Source: Nitrospirota bacterium
Lineage (GTDB): Bacteria > Nitrospirota > UBA9217
DNA length: 64,000 nucleotides
Reading direction: 5' to 3'
NCBI GenBank assembly: GCA_963796285.1
Contig: CAWCKW010000006.1
Location: forward strand, 128,001 to 192,000
The stretch's first letter is position 1. Every line of letters begins with the position of its first letter. Position numbers and translations under genes: made by a program. This document shows, in pieces, positions 41,839 to 53,357 of the stretch. Below the pieces are notes generated by a model. The model worked only from the letters and a program-made list of their open reading frames with translations, was not told the origin of the DNA and made no database searches.

Positions 41839-43191
41839 ATGAGACAGACCAAGATTCTTCTTTCCGACAAGGAGATCCCAACCAAGTGGTACAACATCAT
41901 GGCGGACATGCCGAGCAAACCCAAGCCGCCCCTCCACCCGGGCACGCATCAGCCGATCGGACCGCAGGATCTTACCCCGATCTTTCCCATGGCGCTCATC
42001 GAGCAGGAAGTGAGCCAGGAGCGCTGGATCGACATCCCTGAAGAGGTCCTCGACATCTACTCACTCTGGAGACCTTCACCTCTGTACCGGGCGCACCGGC
42101 TCGAGAAGGCCCTTGGCACTCCGGCAAAGATCTATTATAAATACGAGGGCGTAAGCCCGGCAGGCAGCCACAAGCCGAACACCGCCATTCCCCAGGCTTA
42201 TTATAATAAGAAGGCGGGGATCAAGCGCATCGCTACAGAGACGGGTGCCGGGCAGTGGGGGGCATCCATGGCGCTCGCGGGCAAGCTTTTCGGACTTGAC
42301 GTCACGGTGTACATGGTGAAGGTGAGCTATGGCCAGAAACCCTATCGAAGAATTCAGATGGAGACATGGGGCGCCACGGTGCATGCAAGCCCGTCGAAGG
42401 TCACGAACTCGGGAAGGAAGGCCCTCGAGCTCGATCCGAACAACCAGGGCAGCCTCGGCCTCGCCATCTCCGAGGCTGTGGAGGACGCGGCCACTCACGA
42501 TGATACGAACTATGCACTCGGTTCAGTGCTGAACCACGTATGTCTGCACCAGACCGTGATCGGGCTCGAGGCCAAGAAACAGATGGAGATCGCGGGCGAT
42601 TATCCCGACGTCGTGATCGGCTGCTGCGGCGGCGGGAGCAACCTCGCGGGTATCAGCTTTCCGTTCGTGCACGACAAGATCGAGGGCAAGAAGGTCCGCA
42701 TCATGGCGGTCGAGCCGGCGTCCTGCCCCACGCTCACCAAGGGCGAGTTCAAGTACGACTTCGGCGATGTTGCCGGACTTACTCCCCTGATGACCATGTA
42801 TACGCTCGGCCATGACTTCATGCCGCCGGGCATCCATGCCGGCGGGCTTCGCTACCACGGCGATTCACCGCTCATCTCCCAGCTTTATCATGACAAGCTC
42901 ATCGAGGCCAGGGCGTACAACCAGATTCCGGTATTCGAGGCGGCGCTGCAATTCGCCAATACGGAGGCGATCATCCCGGCCCCTGAGAGCGCGCATGCGA
43001 TCCGGGCGGCCATCGATGAGGCGCTGCTCTGCAAGCAGGAAGGCAAACCGAAGACGATTTTATTCAACCTGAGCGGCCATGGGTACCTCGATCTCCAGGC
43101 CTATGCCGATTATCATGATGGCAAGCTCCAGGATTACGAGTATCCAGCAGCGAAGATCAAAGAGGCGCTCGCAAAGCTTCCGAAGATCTAG
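41839..43191 (+). CDS. trpB2: TrpB-like PLP enzyme (TrpB2)
   Basis: [37 protein letters not shown]. Confidence 0.93.
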   Translation: MRQTKILLSDKEIPTKWYNIMADMPSKPKPPLHPGTHQPIGPQDLTPIFPMALIEQEVSQERWIDIPEEVLDIYSLWRPSPLYRAHRLEKALGTPAKIYYKYEGVSPAGSHKPNTAIPQAYYNKKAGIKRIATETGAGQWGASMALAGKLFGLDVTVYMVKVSYGQKPYRRIQMETWGATVHASPSKVTNSGRKALELDPNNQGSLGLAISEAVEDAATHDDTNYALGSVLNHVCLHQTVIGLEAKKQMEIAGDYPDVVIGCCGGGSNLAGISFPFVHDKIEGKKVRIMAVEPASCPTLTKGEFKYDFGDVAGLTPLMTMYTLGHDFMPPGIHAGGLRYHGDSPLISQLYHDKLIEARAYNQIPVFEAALQFANTEAIIPAPESAHAIRAAIDEALLCKQEGKPKTILFNLSGHGYLDLQAYADYHDGKLQDYEYPAAKIKEALAKLPKI

Positions 43192-43207
43192 ATCTTATTT
43201 TTCTCGT

Positions 43208-43237
43208 GCTCCCCGTCTTTGGACGGGGAGCTTTTTT
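43208..43237 (+). terminator. Terminator after trpB2
   Basis: GCTCCCCGTC-TTTG-GACGGGGAGC-TTTTTT. Confidence 0.85.
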
Positions 43238-43341
43238 GTTTTATAGAGATGGTAACAGGTGGAGGAGTAGAGGGAAAAGTGAGGCTACGTTTCGTCGTCG
43301 ACAGGTTCCTTGCAATGACAGGTATTACGTTGTGTTAAAAA

Positions 43342-44950
43342 TTACGTTGTATTTGTATTCTGCATCTCCCGCTTGAACTCCGAGGTGAAGTGGAACTTGA
43401 TCTCGGGGTAGGCCTCGATCATATTCCGCAACACCCAATCCGATTCAGCAAGAAACACGATATTGCCGTCCTTGTCCGTGGCAATGCGGTCCGACTTGAA
43501 TCTGCAGAATTTGTCCATTTCCTTTTCGTCGCTCGCGGTGATCCAGCACGCCTTGTAAATTTTCATCGGTTCGAACCTGCAGGCCGCGTTGTACTCGTGC
43601 TCCAGCCGGTACTGGAGCACGTCGAACTGGAGCTGGCCCACCGTGCCGACGATCCTGCGGTTGCCCTGCTGCTGGGTGAAGAGCTGGGCCACGCCCTCGT
43701 CGGTAAGCTGCTCGATGCCTTTTGCAAGCTGCTTGGATTTCGACGGGTCGAGGTTCACGAGCTCCTTGAACACCTCGGGCGAAAAGGTAGGGATGCCCTG
43801 GAACATGAGCTTCTCGCCTTCCGTGAGCGTGTCGCCGATCTTGAAATTGCCCGTATCATACAGGCCGATCACATCGCCGGGAAAGGCCTCGTCCACAATG
43901 CTCTTGCGCGCCCCCAAAAAACTCGCCGGGCTGGTGAAGCGGATCTGTTTTCCCAAACGGACGTGAAGGAACATCTTGTTCCGCTCGAACTTGCCTGAGC
44001 AGACCCGGATGAAGGCAATGCGGTCGCGGTGCCGGGGGTCCAGGTTTGCGTGGATCTTGAATACGAAGCCGGTGAAAGCCGCTTCGTCAGCGTTCACGAT
44101 GCGCTGGTCCGTGGGTCTGCTGCCGGGCGTGGGAGCGATCTCGGTAAAGGTGTCCAACAGTTCCTTTACGCCGAAGTTGTTGATGGCGCTTCCGAAGAAC
44201 ACCGGCGCAAGGTCGGCGCGCGAGATAGGCATTGACGTCGAAGGGGTTGTGCGTACCTTCGATCAACTCCACGTCCTCCCGGAGCTTTACTGCATAGTCG
44301 CCAAGCTGCTGGTCAAGGACCGGGTCGCCGATGCCCTGGATCTCGAGCACGTCGTTCGCGACTCTGACGCCGCCGGGCCGGAAGAGGTAGAGGCTGTTGT
44401 TATAGAGATTGTAAACACCCTTGAACGAGGTTCCCATGCTGATGGGCCAGGAGAGCGGCTGGACCTTGATATTCAACTTCGTTTCGAGCTCATCCAGAAG
44501 CTCGAAGGGATGCTTGCCCTCGCGGTCAAGCTTGTTCACGAAGATGATGACCGGCGTTTTGCGCATGCGGCAGACTTCCATAAGCCGCAGGGTCTGTTCC
44601 TCAACGCCTTTGACACAGTCGATGATGAGGATGACGCTGTCCACGGCGGTGAGCGTACGGTACGTGTCCTCGGCAAAATCCTTATGGCCGGGCGTGTCGA
44701 GCAAATTGATCTTGAGCCCGTTGTAGTCGAAGCCCATGACCGACGTTGCCACCGAGATGCCGCGCTGGCGCTCGATATCCATGAAATCCGAGGAGGTGCT
44801 CTTCCTGATCTTGTTCGACTTGACCGCGCCTGCCACCTGGATCGCTCCGCCGAAGAGCAGAAACTTTTCCGTCAGGGTGGTCTTTCCCGCATCCGGGTGA
44901 CTGATGATGGCGAAGGTCCGCCGCTTATTTATTTCGTCTGTATAGCCCAT
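43342..44950 (-). CDS. prfC: Peptide chain release factor 3, one frameshift near 44220
   Basis: [19 protein letters not shown] in 5' ORF; [22 protein letters not shown] in 3' ORF. Confidence 0.92.
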
Positions 44951-45160
44951 GAATTTATGTGTGTTGATCGTATTGCCGTGGTTATGGCCGCTTCAGTTCT
45001 GCCCAACGGTAACGCCTGCGGATACCGGAGATGCTATGAACACCTTGGAACAACTTGCGATGAGGGAGCCCCGGAGCCATGCAACATAACAACTGGACGG
45101 GAGAAAGTCAAGGATTTCTTGCGCTTTGAAGGAGAGATGGGGCGTTCACTCCGTCCGAAC

Positions 45161-45928
45161 TCAGCCATGATACTCTGTGCTGATGGCCCTGTGCGTTTCC
45201 GCGGCCAGCTCTTTTCGCGACCCTCCGGGACGTACCTTGATCCTTTTGAGGGGGACGACCTCCACGTCGATAGATCTGAGCGACAGGAACCGGAGGAAGT
45301 GTTTCGCAAAGGTCACTCCGCCATAGTAGAAGACGAGGTCGCGGTTCTCCGGCGTGACGTGCTCGTTGTTCACTCGGTTGTAGCAAAGGCAGATCGGGAC
45401 GATATTGGCCCTCGTCAGAACGGCAGCGTCAAACAAGGAATTCTTAAAGGGCTGTACGCGGTCGCCATTCGACGTGGTGCCTTCGGGAAAGAGCACAACG
45501 GGAAGGCCCTGGCCGAGTGCCAAGGCAATGTCCTCGATCTCGTGTTTCAGTCCCGACGGCCTTCTGCGCTCTACAAAAATACTTCCACTCAGCCGGGCCA
45601 ATGTGCCGAGCAGCGCGGTGTTCTTCAGTTCAACCGAGGTGATGAACACCGAGGGTACGAGGGAGGAAATGACAAGGACGTCGATATAGGAAAGATGATT
45701 AGACACGATGAGGCGTACGCCACCGGTCTCGTGGACGTGTTCGCGATGTTTCACGTGCACGCGTATGTTGAACAGAAAGAGCGCTATTCGCGCAAAGCCC
45801 GAGGTGGTCCGTATCGCAGCTGCCCGTTTGGTTTTCTGACGAACGGGGAGCAGGCGGATGACACCTGATAGTAAAAGATATGAGAGGAGAAGGGGGATGA
45901 GCCCCGCGCCCTTGAGCAGTGCTCGCAT
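45161..45928 (-). CDS. Lysophospholipid acyltransferase (PlsC family)
   Basis: NHLSYID, FVER, FPEGTTSNG. Confidence 0.9.
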   Translation of the reverse strand: MRALLKGAGLIPLLLSYLLLSGVIRLLPVRQKTKRAAAIRTTSGFARIALFLFNIRVHVKHREHVHETGGVRLIVSNHLSYIDVLVISSLVPSVFITSVELKNTALLGTLARLSGSIFVERRRPSGLKHEIEDIALALGQGLPVVLFPEGTTSNGDRVQPFKNSLFDAAVLTRANIVPICLCYNRVNNEHVTPENRDLVFYYGGVTFAKHFLRFLSLRSIDVEVVPLKRIKVRPGGSRKELAAETHRAISTEYHG

Positions 45929-46235
45929 TGTATGTCGTTGCTCCTGATTCGTGAACTATTCCAACGTGTTTCCGCTGCCAAGATGGCTGGTTGAGATTAT
46001 TGCATATGGCCCTGCACTTTTCAATTGAAAAACGGCTTGTTGCCTGCCTTTTCCCATTGAGAGAATGCATTCGGCTGTTGTAGACAGGCGATCATCTCTA
46101 AAATGCACATTGTTATATAAAATCACACGTCTTCTCGAACGGGGTTTACATCAGCGGGAACCGCGGCTATACTTGAATTAGAAGCGATTGTTGTGCATGA
46201 TCGCAATTATTCTCTTTTTCAGGGGGTCTCATCAG

Positions 46236-46547
46236 ATGAGCGTTATGGCGGAATTCAGCGTTGTACCGGTCGGGAAGGGTGCCAGCCTCAGCCCCGTGAT
46301 CGCTCGAGTTCTCCTGATCGTTGTGAAAAGCGGTGTTCGCTACAAGGCAAATCCGATGGGTACCGTTCTCGAAGGCTCATGGGAGGAGGTCATGGGCGTC
46401 ATCAAGAAATGCCATGATGAGGTCATGAAGGATGCGGAGCGTGCCGTTACCAGCATCAAGATAGACGATCGCAAGGGAACGGATGCACGGATCGAGAAAA
46501 AGCTTGGATCGGTGGAACAAAAGCTCGGGTTGAAACTGAATATCTAG
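46236..46547 (+). CDS. MTH1187/thiamine-binding family protein
   Basis: FSVVPVG, PMGTVLEG, CH, IKIDDR. Confidence 0.88.
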   Translation: MSVMAEFSVVPVGKGASLSPVIARVLLIVVKSGVRYKANPMGTVLEGSWEEVMGVIKKCHDEVMKDAERAVTSIKIDDRKGTDARIEKKLGSVEQKLGLKLNI

Positions 46548-46564
46548 CGGGAGCGAGGTGGATT

Positions 46565-46783
46565 ATGGACGGCAAGAAGAGTGAAAACGGCATGATGGAA
46601 CGGCTCAAGATCCAGGAGAAGGCACTGTCGAACCTCGCGGACTCCTTGAAGAAGCACGAGGTGAAAGCGGTGGAGGAGATCAGAGACATGCAGGCGGAGC
46701 TCAAGGCGCTCAAGCTGTTCCTCGCTCGAAATATCCCCGAGTTCAAAAAGCAATTTCCCGAGATCCAGGGAAAGGTGAAATGA
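46565..46783 (+). CDS. Small coiled-coil hypothetical protein
   Basis: GAGG RBS, host-like codon usage, operonic position. Confidence 0.7.
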   Translation: MDGKKSENGMMERLKIQEKALSNLADSLKKHEVKAVEEIRDMQAELKALKLFLARNIPEFKKQFPEIQGKVK

Positions 46784-46829
46784 GGATGTCCCGGATAAGG
46801 TCCTGTTCATAGAAAGGGAGGCGAGTTAT

Positions 46830-47354
46830 ATGAAGATCGTCGGAAAAGTAGAGAGATCATACAAGCAGACATACAAAAAGAAATCATCAACCGCGGATCC
46901 CTATCTTCCAAAAGGCGCGAGCAAGAGGATAACGGTTTGCGACGGGTGCCATACCGTCTACAAGAAGAAGCGGTGGTATGCCGATCCGCATCTCTACAAC
47001 GAGGCGGTCAAGATTCATGATACGGCTGTCGCGGTCTGCCCCGCCTGCCTGAAGATACGCGATAATTTCCCCGGCGGCATTGTGACACTGAAGGGTGATT
47101 ACGTGCTTCCCCACAAGCAGGAGCTTTTGAACCTTATCAAGAACGAGGAAGCGCGGGCGCGGGGGTTTAACCCGCTCGAGCGCGTAATGTCGGTGAAGGA
47201 AACGGGGTATGGCAGCTTAGTAATCTCCACGACGAATGAAAAGTTGGCGCAGAAGATCGGCCGGGCCATCAAGAAGGCCTTCCGAGGAAAAGTAACATAC
47301 CAGTGGTCCCACGACAACAAGCTGGCGCGGGTGGACTGGGCGAGGGCTGCGTGA
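46830..47354 (+). CDS. BCAM0308-like zinc-binding protein
   Basis: DPY, CxxC....KRW, CPAC.KI.D.FPGG, NPLER, TT.EKLA. Confidence 0.8.
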   Translation: MKIVGKVERSYKQTYKKKSSTADPYLPKGASKRITVCDGCHTVYKKKRWYADPHLYNEAVKIHDTAVAVCPACLKIRDNFPGGIVTLKGDYVLPHKQELLNLIKNEEARARGFNPLERVMSVKETGYGSLVISTTNEKLAQKIGRAIKKAFRGKVTYQWSHDNKLARVDWARAA

Positions 47355-47417
47355 TGGTAGCGCCACAAAGGATGGATTGAATAAACCGGTTGGCGTGTGA
47401 ACAATTTAGTGGGGCCA

Positions 47418-48098
47418 TCAGAAAGAATACATCATGTCAAGAGTTGCTCCGGCAAAGGTGTCCTTGACTTTGGTATCTTCGCCTTTGGTCGTTTCGTACT
47501 GGTAGCCGAGAGCACCGGTGATCTCCCTGGTGAAGACGTAATTGACCCCGGCCCTGGAAAACCATCCCAAGGCCGTTTCTTTTTCGTTAGTCGCGGCAAA
47601 GGTCGCTTTCGTACTCCAGGGGAGACAGGTCAGTTCGCCGAAAAGCGAGAGAGCATTGTTCAGGGGCACTGATCCCCTGACACCGATGAGCGGTCCGTGC
47701 ACGGTCTCTTTATTTTTGGTCATCTTTTCCCAGAATTGCGAACTCCGATATCCGGTGAAAACCCCCACGTTGCGATTGAACTGATAGCCTGCCACGACGT
47801 CAACATCATTGCGCTCCACATCGGTAGTAACATCGGAGTGCTCGAATGAGTAATCTGATACAGAGACCAGGTACGAAGCCTCTACAAAAACACCATTAGA
47901 GAATTCCGCTTCGGCCGCCCAGCCGATCAGCGCGCCGATTCCAGATGTCCCGCTCTGTGAGCCCGGACCTTCACTCTTCCACCTGTTCATCCATATTTTG
48001 AGGCCCGCTGCGGTCCTGGTGCCTTCTTCGGCGCTCGCTGTTCCGGCCATGGACAAAAGAATTAGTATTGCGACAAACCTACGAGCGATATGGTTCAT
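47418..48098 (-). CDS. Outer membrane beta-barrel protein
   Basis: Signal peptide, alternating strands, C-terminal YSF. Confidence 0.82.
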   Translation of the reverse strand: MNHIARRFVAILILLSMAGTASAEEGTRTAAGLKIWMNRWKSEGPGSQSGTSGIGALIGWAAEAEFSNGVFVEASYLVSVSDYSFEHSDVTTDVERNDVDVVAGYQFNRNVGVFTGYRSSQFWEKMTKNKETVHGPLIGVRGSVPLNNALSLFGELTCLPWSTKATFAATNEKETALGWFSRAGVNYVFTREITGALGYQYETTKGEDTKVKDTFAGATLDMMYSF

Positions 48099-48337
48099 AC
48101 CTACACTTCCCCTTCTTCCGGGTCCAGGTGCTCTTTTAGGTTATCCACTGAGGATAGAACCGCGATCCATGATCGGCTAAATAATGATAGTATGACAGGC
48201 GCTCTGAACGTTGTCAACAGGCGGCGATCTGATCGCGGATAGCGGTGGCTTGATGAAAAAGTTTTTTAAAGCCGCGGTCCGAGCGCACATTTGCCGCTCA
48301 TATCAGGCTGTTCCGGGTTTCTTCGATGGATTTCCCC

Positions 48338-48366
48338 TTGACATCAAGGAGAAAGACCTATAGGTT
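48338..48366 (+). promoter_or_regulatory. Promoter upstream of radical SAM gene
   Basis: TTGACA-17-TAGGTT. Confidence 0.55.
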
Positions 48367-48534
48367 TAATCCAGCACTGTCGTTTTTATACCTCCGCGAT
48401 ATCATGGGCGCAAAGCCCGAAGAGGGAGAGCATGAGATGGCGATGACGCAATAATCGAGATGGTTAGTTGGTCTTTGCCGGCGAGACTTTTCTTTTTTTG
48501 TCGTACCCGAGTAATTATCGTTGAAGGAACATAT

Positions 48535-50736
48535 ATGCTGAAAAAATTACTGCTCATCACACCACCGTTTACCCAGCTCAATACTCCTTATCCGGCGACC
48601 GCTTATTTAAAAGGCTTTTTGAAATTGCACGGGTATGATGTTGTTCAGGCTGATCTCGGTATTGAATTGATAAATAAAATATTTTCGCAGGAAGGTTTTG
48701 AAAAACTCTTCCACGTTGTTAAAAAGCAGAACAATCAGCTGTCCCAAAACGCGCTTCAGATCATACACAATGAAAATTATTATTTGCAAACTGTGGGTCC
48801 GGTAATGAATTTTTTGCAGTACCGGGACAATACGCTGGCACAGCTCATCTGTAGTGATATGTTTTTACCAAGGGCCTCCAGATTCGATCAATTGCCTGAT
48901 CTGGAGTGGTCATTCGGGAACATCGGGGTGAACGACAAGGCCCGGTTTTTAGCAACACTGTATATTGAAGATGTCGGCGACCTTATAAAGGAGGCGGTAA
49001 CACCCTATTTTGGTTTCAGCCGTTATGCCGAAAAGCTTGGAAGGTCGGCGCGCTCCTTTGCGCCGCTCGATGCAGCTCTACACCAGCCTGTAAATATCAT
49101 TGAGGCATGGATGCTTGAATTGCTGAAACACCATGTCGAACATGCAGCCCCCGACGTCATCGGGATAAGCATTCCTTTTCCCGGAAATCTGTACTCGGCG
49201 TTAAAATGCGGCCAATTCATCAAGAACAATTTTCAACAGATGAAAGTTGTTGCAGGCGGTGGATTTGTTAATACGGAGCTTCGTGAACTTTCAGAACCTG
49301 CTGTCTTTAATCATGTGGATTTTTTAACCGTCGACGATGGCGAACTTCCCTTGTTAGCTGTTCTTAAATATCTTCAAGGTGCAATAACGGAGAAGGATCT
49401 CCAGAGAACGTTCATCAGAACAGATGATGAAGTGCACTATATTCATGGTGCCGCGGAAAAAGAACATTCCCACGCCGAGATCGGCTGCCCGGATTATTCG
49501 GATCTCCCGCTGGATAACTATCTTTCCCTGATAGAAATTGCAAATCCCATGCATCGCCTGTGGTCCGACGGACGATGGAACAAGCTTACCGTCGCCCATG
49601 GGTGCTACTGGCATCAATGTTCATTCTGCGATACCGCCCTCGATTACATCAATCGATACGATACTGCACCGGTCAAGGTGCTGGTTGACAGCATTGAGCA
49701 GGTGATCGCCCAAACCGGCCAGACCGGCTTTCATTTTGTTGATGAGGCCGCGCCGCCCGCGGTACTGAAAGAATTGGCGCTGGAATTGCTGAGACGAAAG
49801 ATCAGCATTTCCTGGTGGGTAAATATCCGCTTTGAACAGGCGTTCACCGAAGACCTTTGCAGACTGCTGGCTGCTGCCGGCTGCATTGCCGTGACCGGCG
49901 GCCTGGAGGCGGCCTCGGACAGGCTTTTGAAATTAATGAATAAAGGCGTGACTGTCCGCCAGGCCGCATACGCATGCCGAAATTTCAGCAATGCAGGCAT
50001 CATGGTGCATGCCTATCTGATGTATGGTTTCCCGACACAGACTGAACAGGAAACCATCGATGCCCTGGAGATCGTGCGGCAGTTCTTTCACGAGGGCCTT
50101 ATACAATCCGCGTTCTGGCATGTATTCACTGCGACGGTTCACAGCGATGTAGGAAGACATCCGGAAAAATATCAATGCAGGATCATCGATCGTCCTGTTG
50201 GGAGGTTTGCCGCCAATGATCTCGTACACGAAGATAGTATCGGCTGCGATCCTCACGTGTATGCGCACGGCCTGAACAAGGCGGTGTACAATTTTATGCA
50301 TGGTATCGGTACGGACCTTTCGATCAAAGACTGGTTCGATTTTCAAGTCCCTGCGGTTTCCATAAAAAGAAATTACGTGGAGCAGGCGATCAATGAGGCC
50401 CCTGTTTTTGACAATGAAAAGTGGAAATCCAGGGTCGTCTGGATAGAAAACCAACCTCACCTTGGGCAAAACGGTTCGACGAGGCGGGGAAAACAGGGGG
50501 GAAAAAGCAAACTTGTTTTTTACAACAAAAGAGAACGATTCACGCTCATCACAACTGCTGAAAGAGGAGGGTGGTTGAATGAAAACTTTGAGAAATTTTT
50601 ACTCCGGAATTCAAAATTACTGTTGCTTGAAGAATTGAAGCAAGATTATGAGAAACATATACCTTCTTCTTTTGAATCTTTTCTGCAATCCAAAGAATGG
50701 AAAACCCTGAGGGGAAGAGGGCTACTATTGATATGA
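48535..50736 (+). CDS. B12-binding-domain radical SAM protein
   Basis: PPFTQLNTPYP, PFPGN, GGG, GCYWHQCSFCD, FVDEA, HAYLMYGFP. Confidence 0.88.
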   Translation: MLKKLLLITPPFTQLNTPYPATAYLKGFLKLHGYDVVQADLGIELINKIFSQEGFEKLFHVVKKQNNQLSQNALQIIHNENYYLQTVGPVMNFLQYRDNTLAQLICSDMFLPRASRFDQLPDLEWSFGNIGVNDKARFLATLYIEDVGDLIKEAVTPYFGFSRYAEKLGRSARSFAPLDAALHQPVNIIEAWMLELLKHHVEHAAPDVIGISIPFPGNLYSALKCGQFIKNNFQQMKVVAGGGFVNTELRELSEPAVFNHVDFLTVDDGELPLLAVLKYLQGAITEKDLQRTFIRTDDEVHYIHGAAEKEHSHAEIGCPDYSDLPLDNYLSLIEIANPMHRLWSDGRWNKLTVAHGCYWHQCSFCDTALDYINRYDTAPVKVLVDSIEQVIAQTGQTGFHFVDEAAPPAVLKELALELLRRKISISWWVNIRFEQAFTEDLCRLLAAAGCIAVTGGLEAASDRLLKLMNKGVTVRQAAYACRNFSNAGIMVHAYLMYGFPTQTEQETIDALEIVRQFFHEGLIQSAFWHVFTATVHSDVGRHPEKYQCRIIDRPVGRFAANDLVHEDSIGCDPHVYAHGLNKAVYNFMHGIGTDLSIKDWFDFQVPAVSIKRNYVEQAINEAPVFDNEKWKSRVVWIENQPHLGQNGSTRRGKQGGKSKLVFYNKRERFTLITTAERGGWLNENFEKFLLRNSKLLLLEELKQDYEKHIPSSFESFLQSKEWKTLRGRGLLLI

Positions 50737-50870
50737 GGTGACACTGCAGCGAGATAATGATAGATCCTCCTCTACGGTTCTTTTCGGGATGCTCTGCGGA
50801 GGGAGCGTGTCTTGAAGCAAAAAGAGCAGGGAGAGACGGGATCGTCAAGCACAGAACTGACAGCCTGGTG

Positions 50871-53357
50871 CTAAAAGGTTCCGTCGCTGTGCTCAAGAAC
50901 CGGTCCCCTGATGTCATCTGCTTCAGGACGCGTTCTCTTCTCTTCTCCTGTTTTCCGGTAACTGTCCAGAAACTTCATCATCTCGTCCCCGGGAATCGGA
51001 TGGCTGATGAGGTTGCCCTGCATCACACAACATCCTTCGCCGCAGAGTATTTTCAACTGCCGTTCCGTTTCCACTCCTTCAGCCACTACATTCAGCTTCA
51101 GACTGTGTGCCATGGCAATGATTGCCTTGGGGATCGCGGCATCATCAGGGCCGACATGAATGTCCCTGACAAACATGCGGTCAATCTTTATTTCATGGAT
51201 AGGGAAGCTCTTCAAGTAACTTAATGACGAGTAGCCCGTGCCAAAATCATCCATCGAGAACAGCACCCCTCTCCGCGTCAATTCGTTAAAAATGGCCATA
51301 ATCTCCGCCGAATGCAGCATGACAATGCTTTCGGTAATTTCCAGCATGAGGTAGCGGGGTTCCAGACCGCATGCTTCAAGCGCCTGTGTTACGGTTTCGA
51401 TAAAGTTCTGCTGCTTTAACTGCTGCCCGGATATATTCACGGATACGGAGAGCGATGCATAACCGTGTTTCTGCCACTCCTTGTTTTGCGCACACGCAGT
51501 GCGCAGCACCCATTCCCCGAGAGGCACGATCAATCCCACCTCTTCGGCCAAGGGAATGAACGTATCCGGCAGGATGATTCCCCGGTCGGGATGCTGCCAG
51601 CGTATCAGCGCCTCCACTCCAACGATAGTTCCGGTGCGGACGTCTATCTGGGGCTGATAGTACAGTACAAACTCGTCCCTATCCAGCGCCTTTCGCAGAC
51701 TTTCCTCCATGTTCAGCCGCTCGATTGCGATAATGTTCATGGACTGCTGGAAATACTGGTAATTATTTTTCCCCCGCCTCTTGGCCTCGTACATGGCGAT
51801 ATCCGCATTCTTGAGCAGATTGTCAAGGTTCTCCCCATCGACCGGATACAGGGCAATACCGATACTGGCGGTGATGAACAGTTCATGCCCCTCGATCCTG
51901 AACGGTCTCGCCAGGGTTGCGAGGAAGCGCTGCGCCACTGCCGCCGCGTACGGCGCATGACTGATCTCAGTGAGCAGAATGGTGAACTCATCGCCGCCCT
52001 GACGGGCGACGGTAACTCCGAAATCATTCGGTTTCTCGTGGGCGACAGTATCGGTAGATCGAATACTATCGGTCAGGCGCAGGGCAACCTTCTGCAACAG
52101 TACATCTCCCCCCTGGTGGCCCAGCGTATCGTTGATCCATTTGAAATTGTCCAGGTCGACAAAGAGCAGCGCAAGGAGTTGTTGATGACGCTGGGCATGA
52201 GAAATGGCAAGCTGCAGCCGATCACGGAACAGGAGCCGATTCGGAAGGTTTGTTAAACTATCATAATAAGCCATTTTAGTTATCTGCGCCTGTGCCTGCT
52301 TCAGGTTGCTGATATCTATGAAGCTTTCAATAAGATGGTTGCGTCCCTTGTAGCGGATCTGCACAACGGACTTCAATATCGGTATCTTGCTGCCATCTGC
52401 CGTCAGGAGCTTGCGTTCGGAATTGTCGATCAAACAGTGGTGGTCTGTAATGGGACAATTCCCGGTCTCCTCGGGGCAGATGAAATTATGACATAAGCGG
52501 CCGACAACCTTTTCCTTCGGCGCTCCGATCATCTTAAGCGCGGAATCATTCACATTAACGATCTCGTGCGTCTCGGAATCGATGACGACCACTCCCGCAT
52601 GGATCGAATCAAGGATTTTCTTCAGTTGTGTCTCGCTTGTCCGGAGAGCGTCCTCAGCCTGTTCTCGCTCCTTCAGTACCGCATTGACCTGATCAAGCAT
52701 TCGGTTGAAAAACCGGGAGAGATAGCCGAATTCGTCCTCACTGCGAGCGTCAAGCCGAAGCGCAAGGTCTCCCCCGGAAACGGCCTTCGTCGCACTGATG
52801 AGCGTTTTAAACGGCTGTGTAATAAATTTGCGGATCACCCAGGTAAGAAAAAAGCCGAACAAAAGGGCCACGACCGCCATTACGAGGAAAAACCCGTTGC
52901 GACGGGCCTTCGCACTCTCATGGAGTGGCGGAAAAAAGAGCTCCAGCGTGGCTGCCTGTTGCGTTGTCTGGAGCGCCGGCCCGTTCACCTGCACCATCCG
53001 GATGAAGGAAGCGGTCTTCTCGGGCAGGTTTCCGACCAGAATTCGCTGTTGATTTACGGTCAGGGCGACACCTGAAAAATGAAAGGATGCGAAATGCCTT
53101 CGCACAATAGATTCGATGGTGGAAATGGACGCGTGAGGACGGCTTTCGAGGTCAGCCGTGATCTGGTAGGCGAATTGGTCCGCCTCGGCGGAGAACTCGC
53201 TGCTCAGTTTTTCTTCCACATTGTGGAGAGCGAAAATAGTGACTGCCAGGCCGACAAAGACAACTCCGTACAACACCGCGGCCGTGATCTTTATCGCGAT
53301 ACTGGCCCGCCAGTTTTTTACCCAGTCATCGGATATGGGGAGCGGCTCATCCTTCAT
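50871..53357 (-). CDS. Membrane HAMP-PAS-GGDEF-EAL protein
   Basis: 2 TM, DEFG HAMP, PAS, GGDEF, EAL, DDFGTGYSS, EGVE. Confidence 0.93.
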   Translation of the reverse strand: MKDEPLPISDDWVKNWRASIAIKITAAVLYGVVFVGLAVTIFALHNVEEKLSSEFSAEADQFAYQITADLESRPHASISTIESIVRRHFASFHFSGVALTVNQQRILVGNLPEKTASFIRMVQVNGPALQTTQQAATLELFFPPLHESAKARRNGFFLVMAVVALLFGFFLTWVIRKFITQPFKTLISATKAVSGGDLALRLDARSEDEFGYLSRFFNRMLDQVNAVLKEREQAEDALRTSETQLKKILDSIHAGVVVIDSETHEIVNVNDSALKMIGAPKEKVVGRLCHNFICPEETGNCPITDHHCLIDNSERKLLTADGSKIPILKSVVQIRYKGRNHLIESFIDISNLKQAQAQITKMAYYDSLTNLPNRLLFRDRLQLAISHAQRHQQLLALLFVDLDNFKWINDTLGHQGGDVLLQKVALRLTDSIRSTDTVAHEKPNDFGVTVARQGGDEFTILLTEISHAPYAAAVAQRFLATLARPFRIEGHELFITASIGIALYPVDGENLDNLLKNADIAMYEAKRRGKNNYQYFQQSMNIIAIERLNMEESLRKALDRDEFVLYYQPQIDVRTGTIVGVEALIRWQHPDRGIILPDTFIPLAEEVGLIVPLGEWVLRTACAQNKEWQKHGYASLSVSVNISGQQLKQQNFIETVTQALEACGLEPRYLMLEITESIVMLHSAEIMAIFNELTRRGVLFSMDDFGTGYSSLSYLKSFPIHEIKIDRMFVRDIHVGPDDAAIPKAIIAMAHSLKLNVVAEGVETERQLKILCGEGCCVMQGNLISHPIPGDEMMKFLDSYRKTGEEKRTRPEADDIRGPVLEHSDGTF

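Noticed and set aside
44210-44232. Programmed frameshift in prfC
   Set aside because: No slippery site with in-frame stop as in prfB; lies in a CG dinucleotide run, more likely an indel error.
43976-45868. 630-aa + strand ORF
   Set aside because: Antisense shadow of prfC and the acyltransferase.
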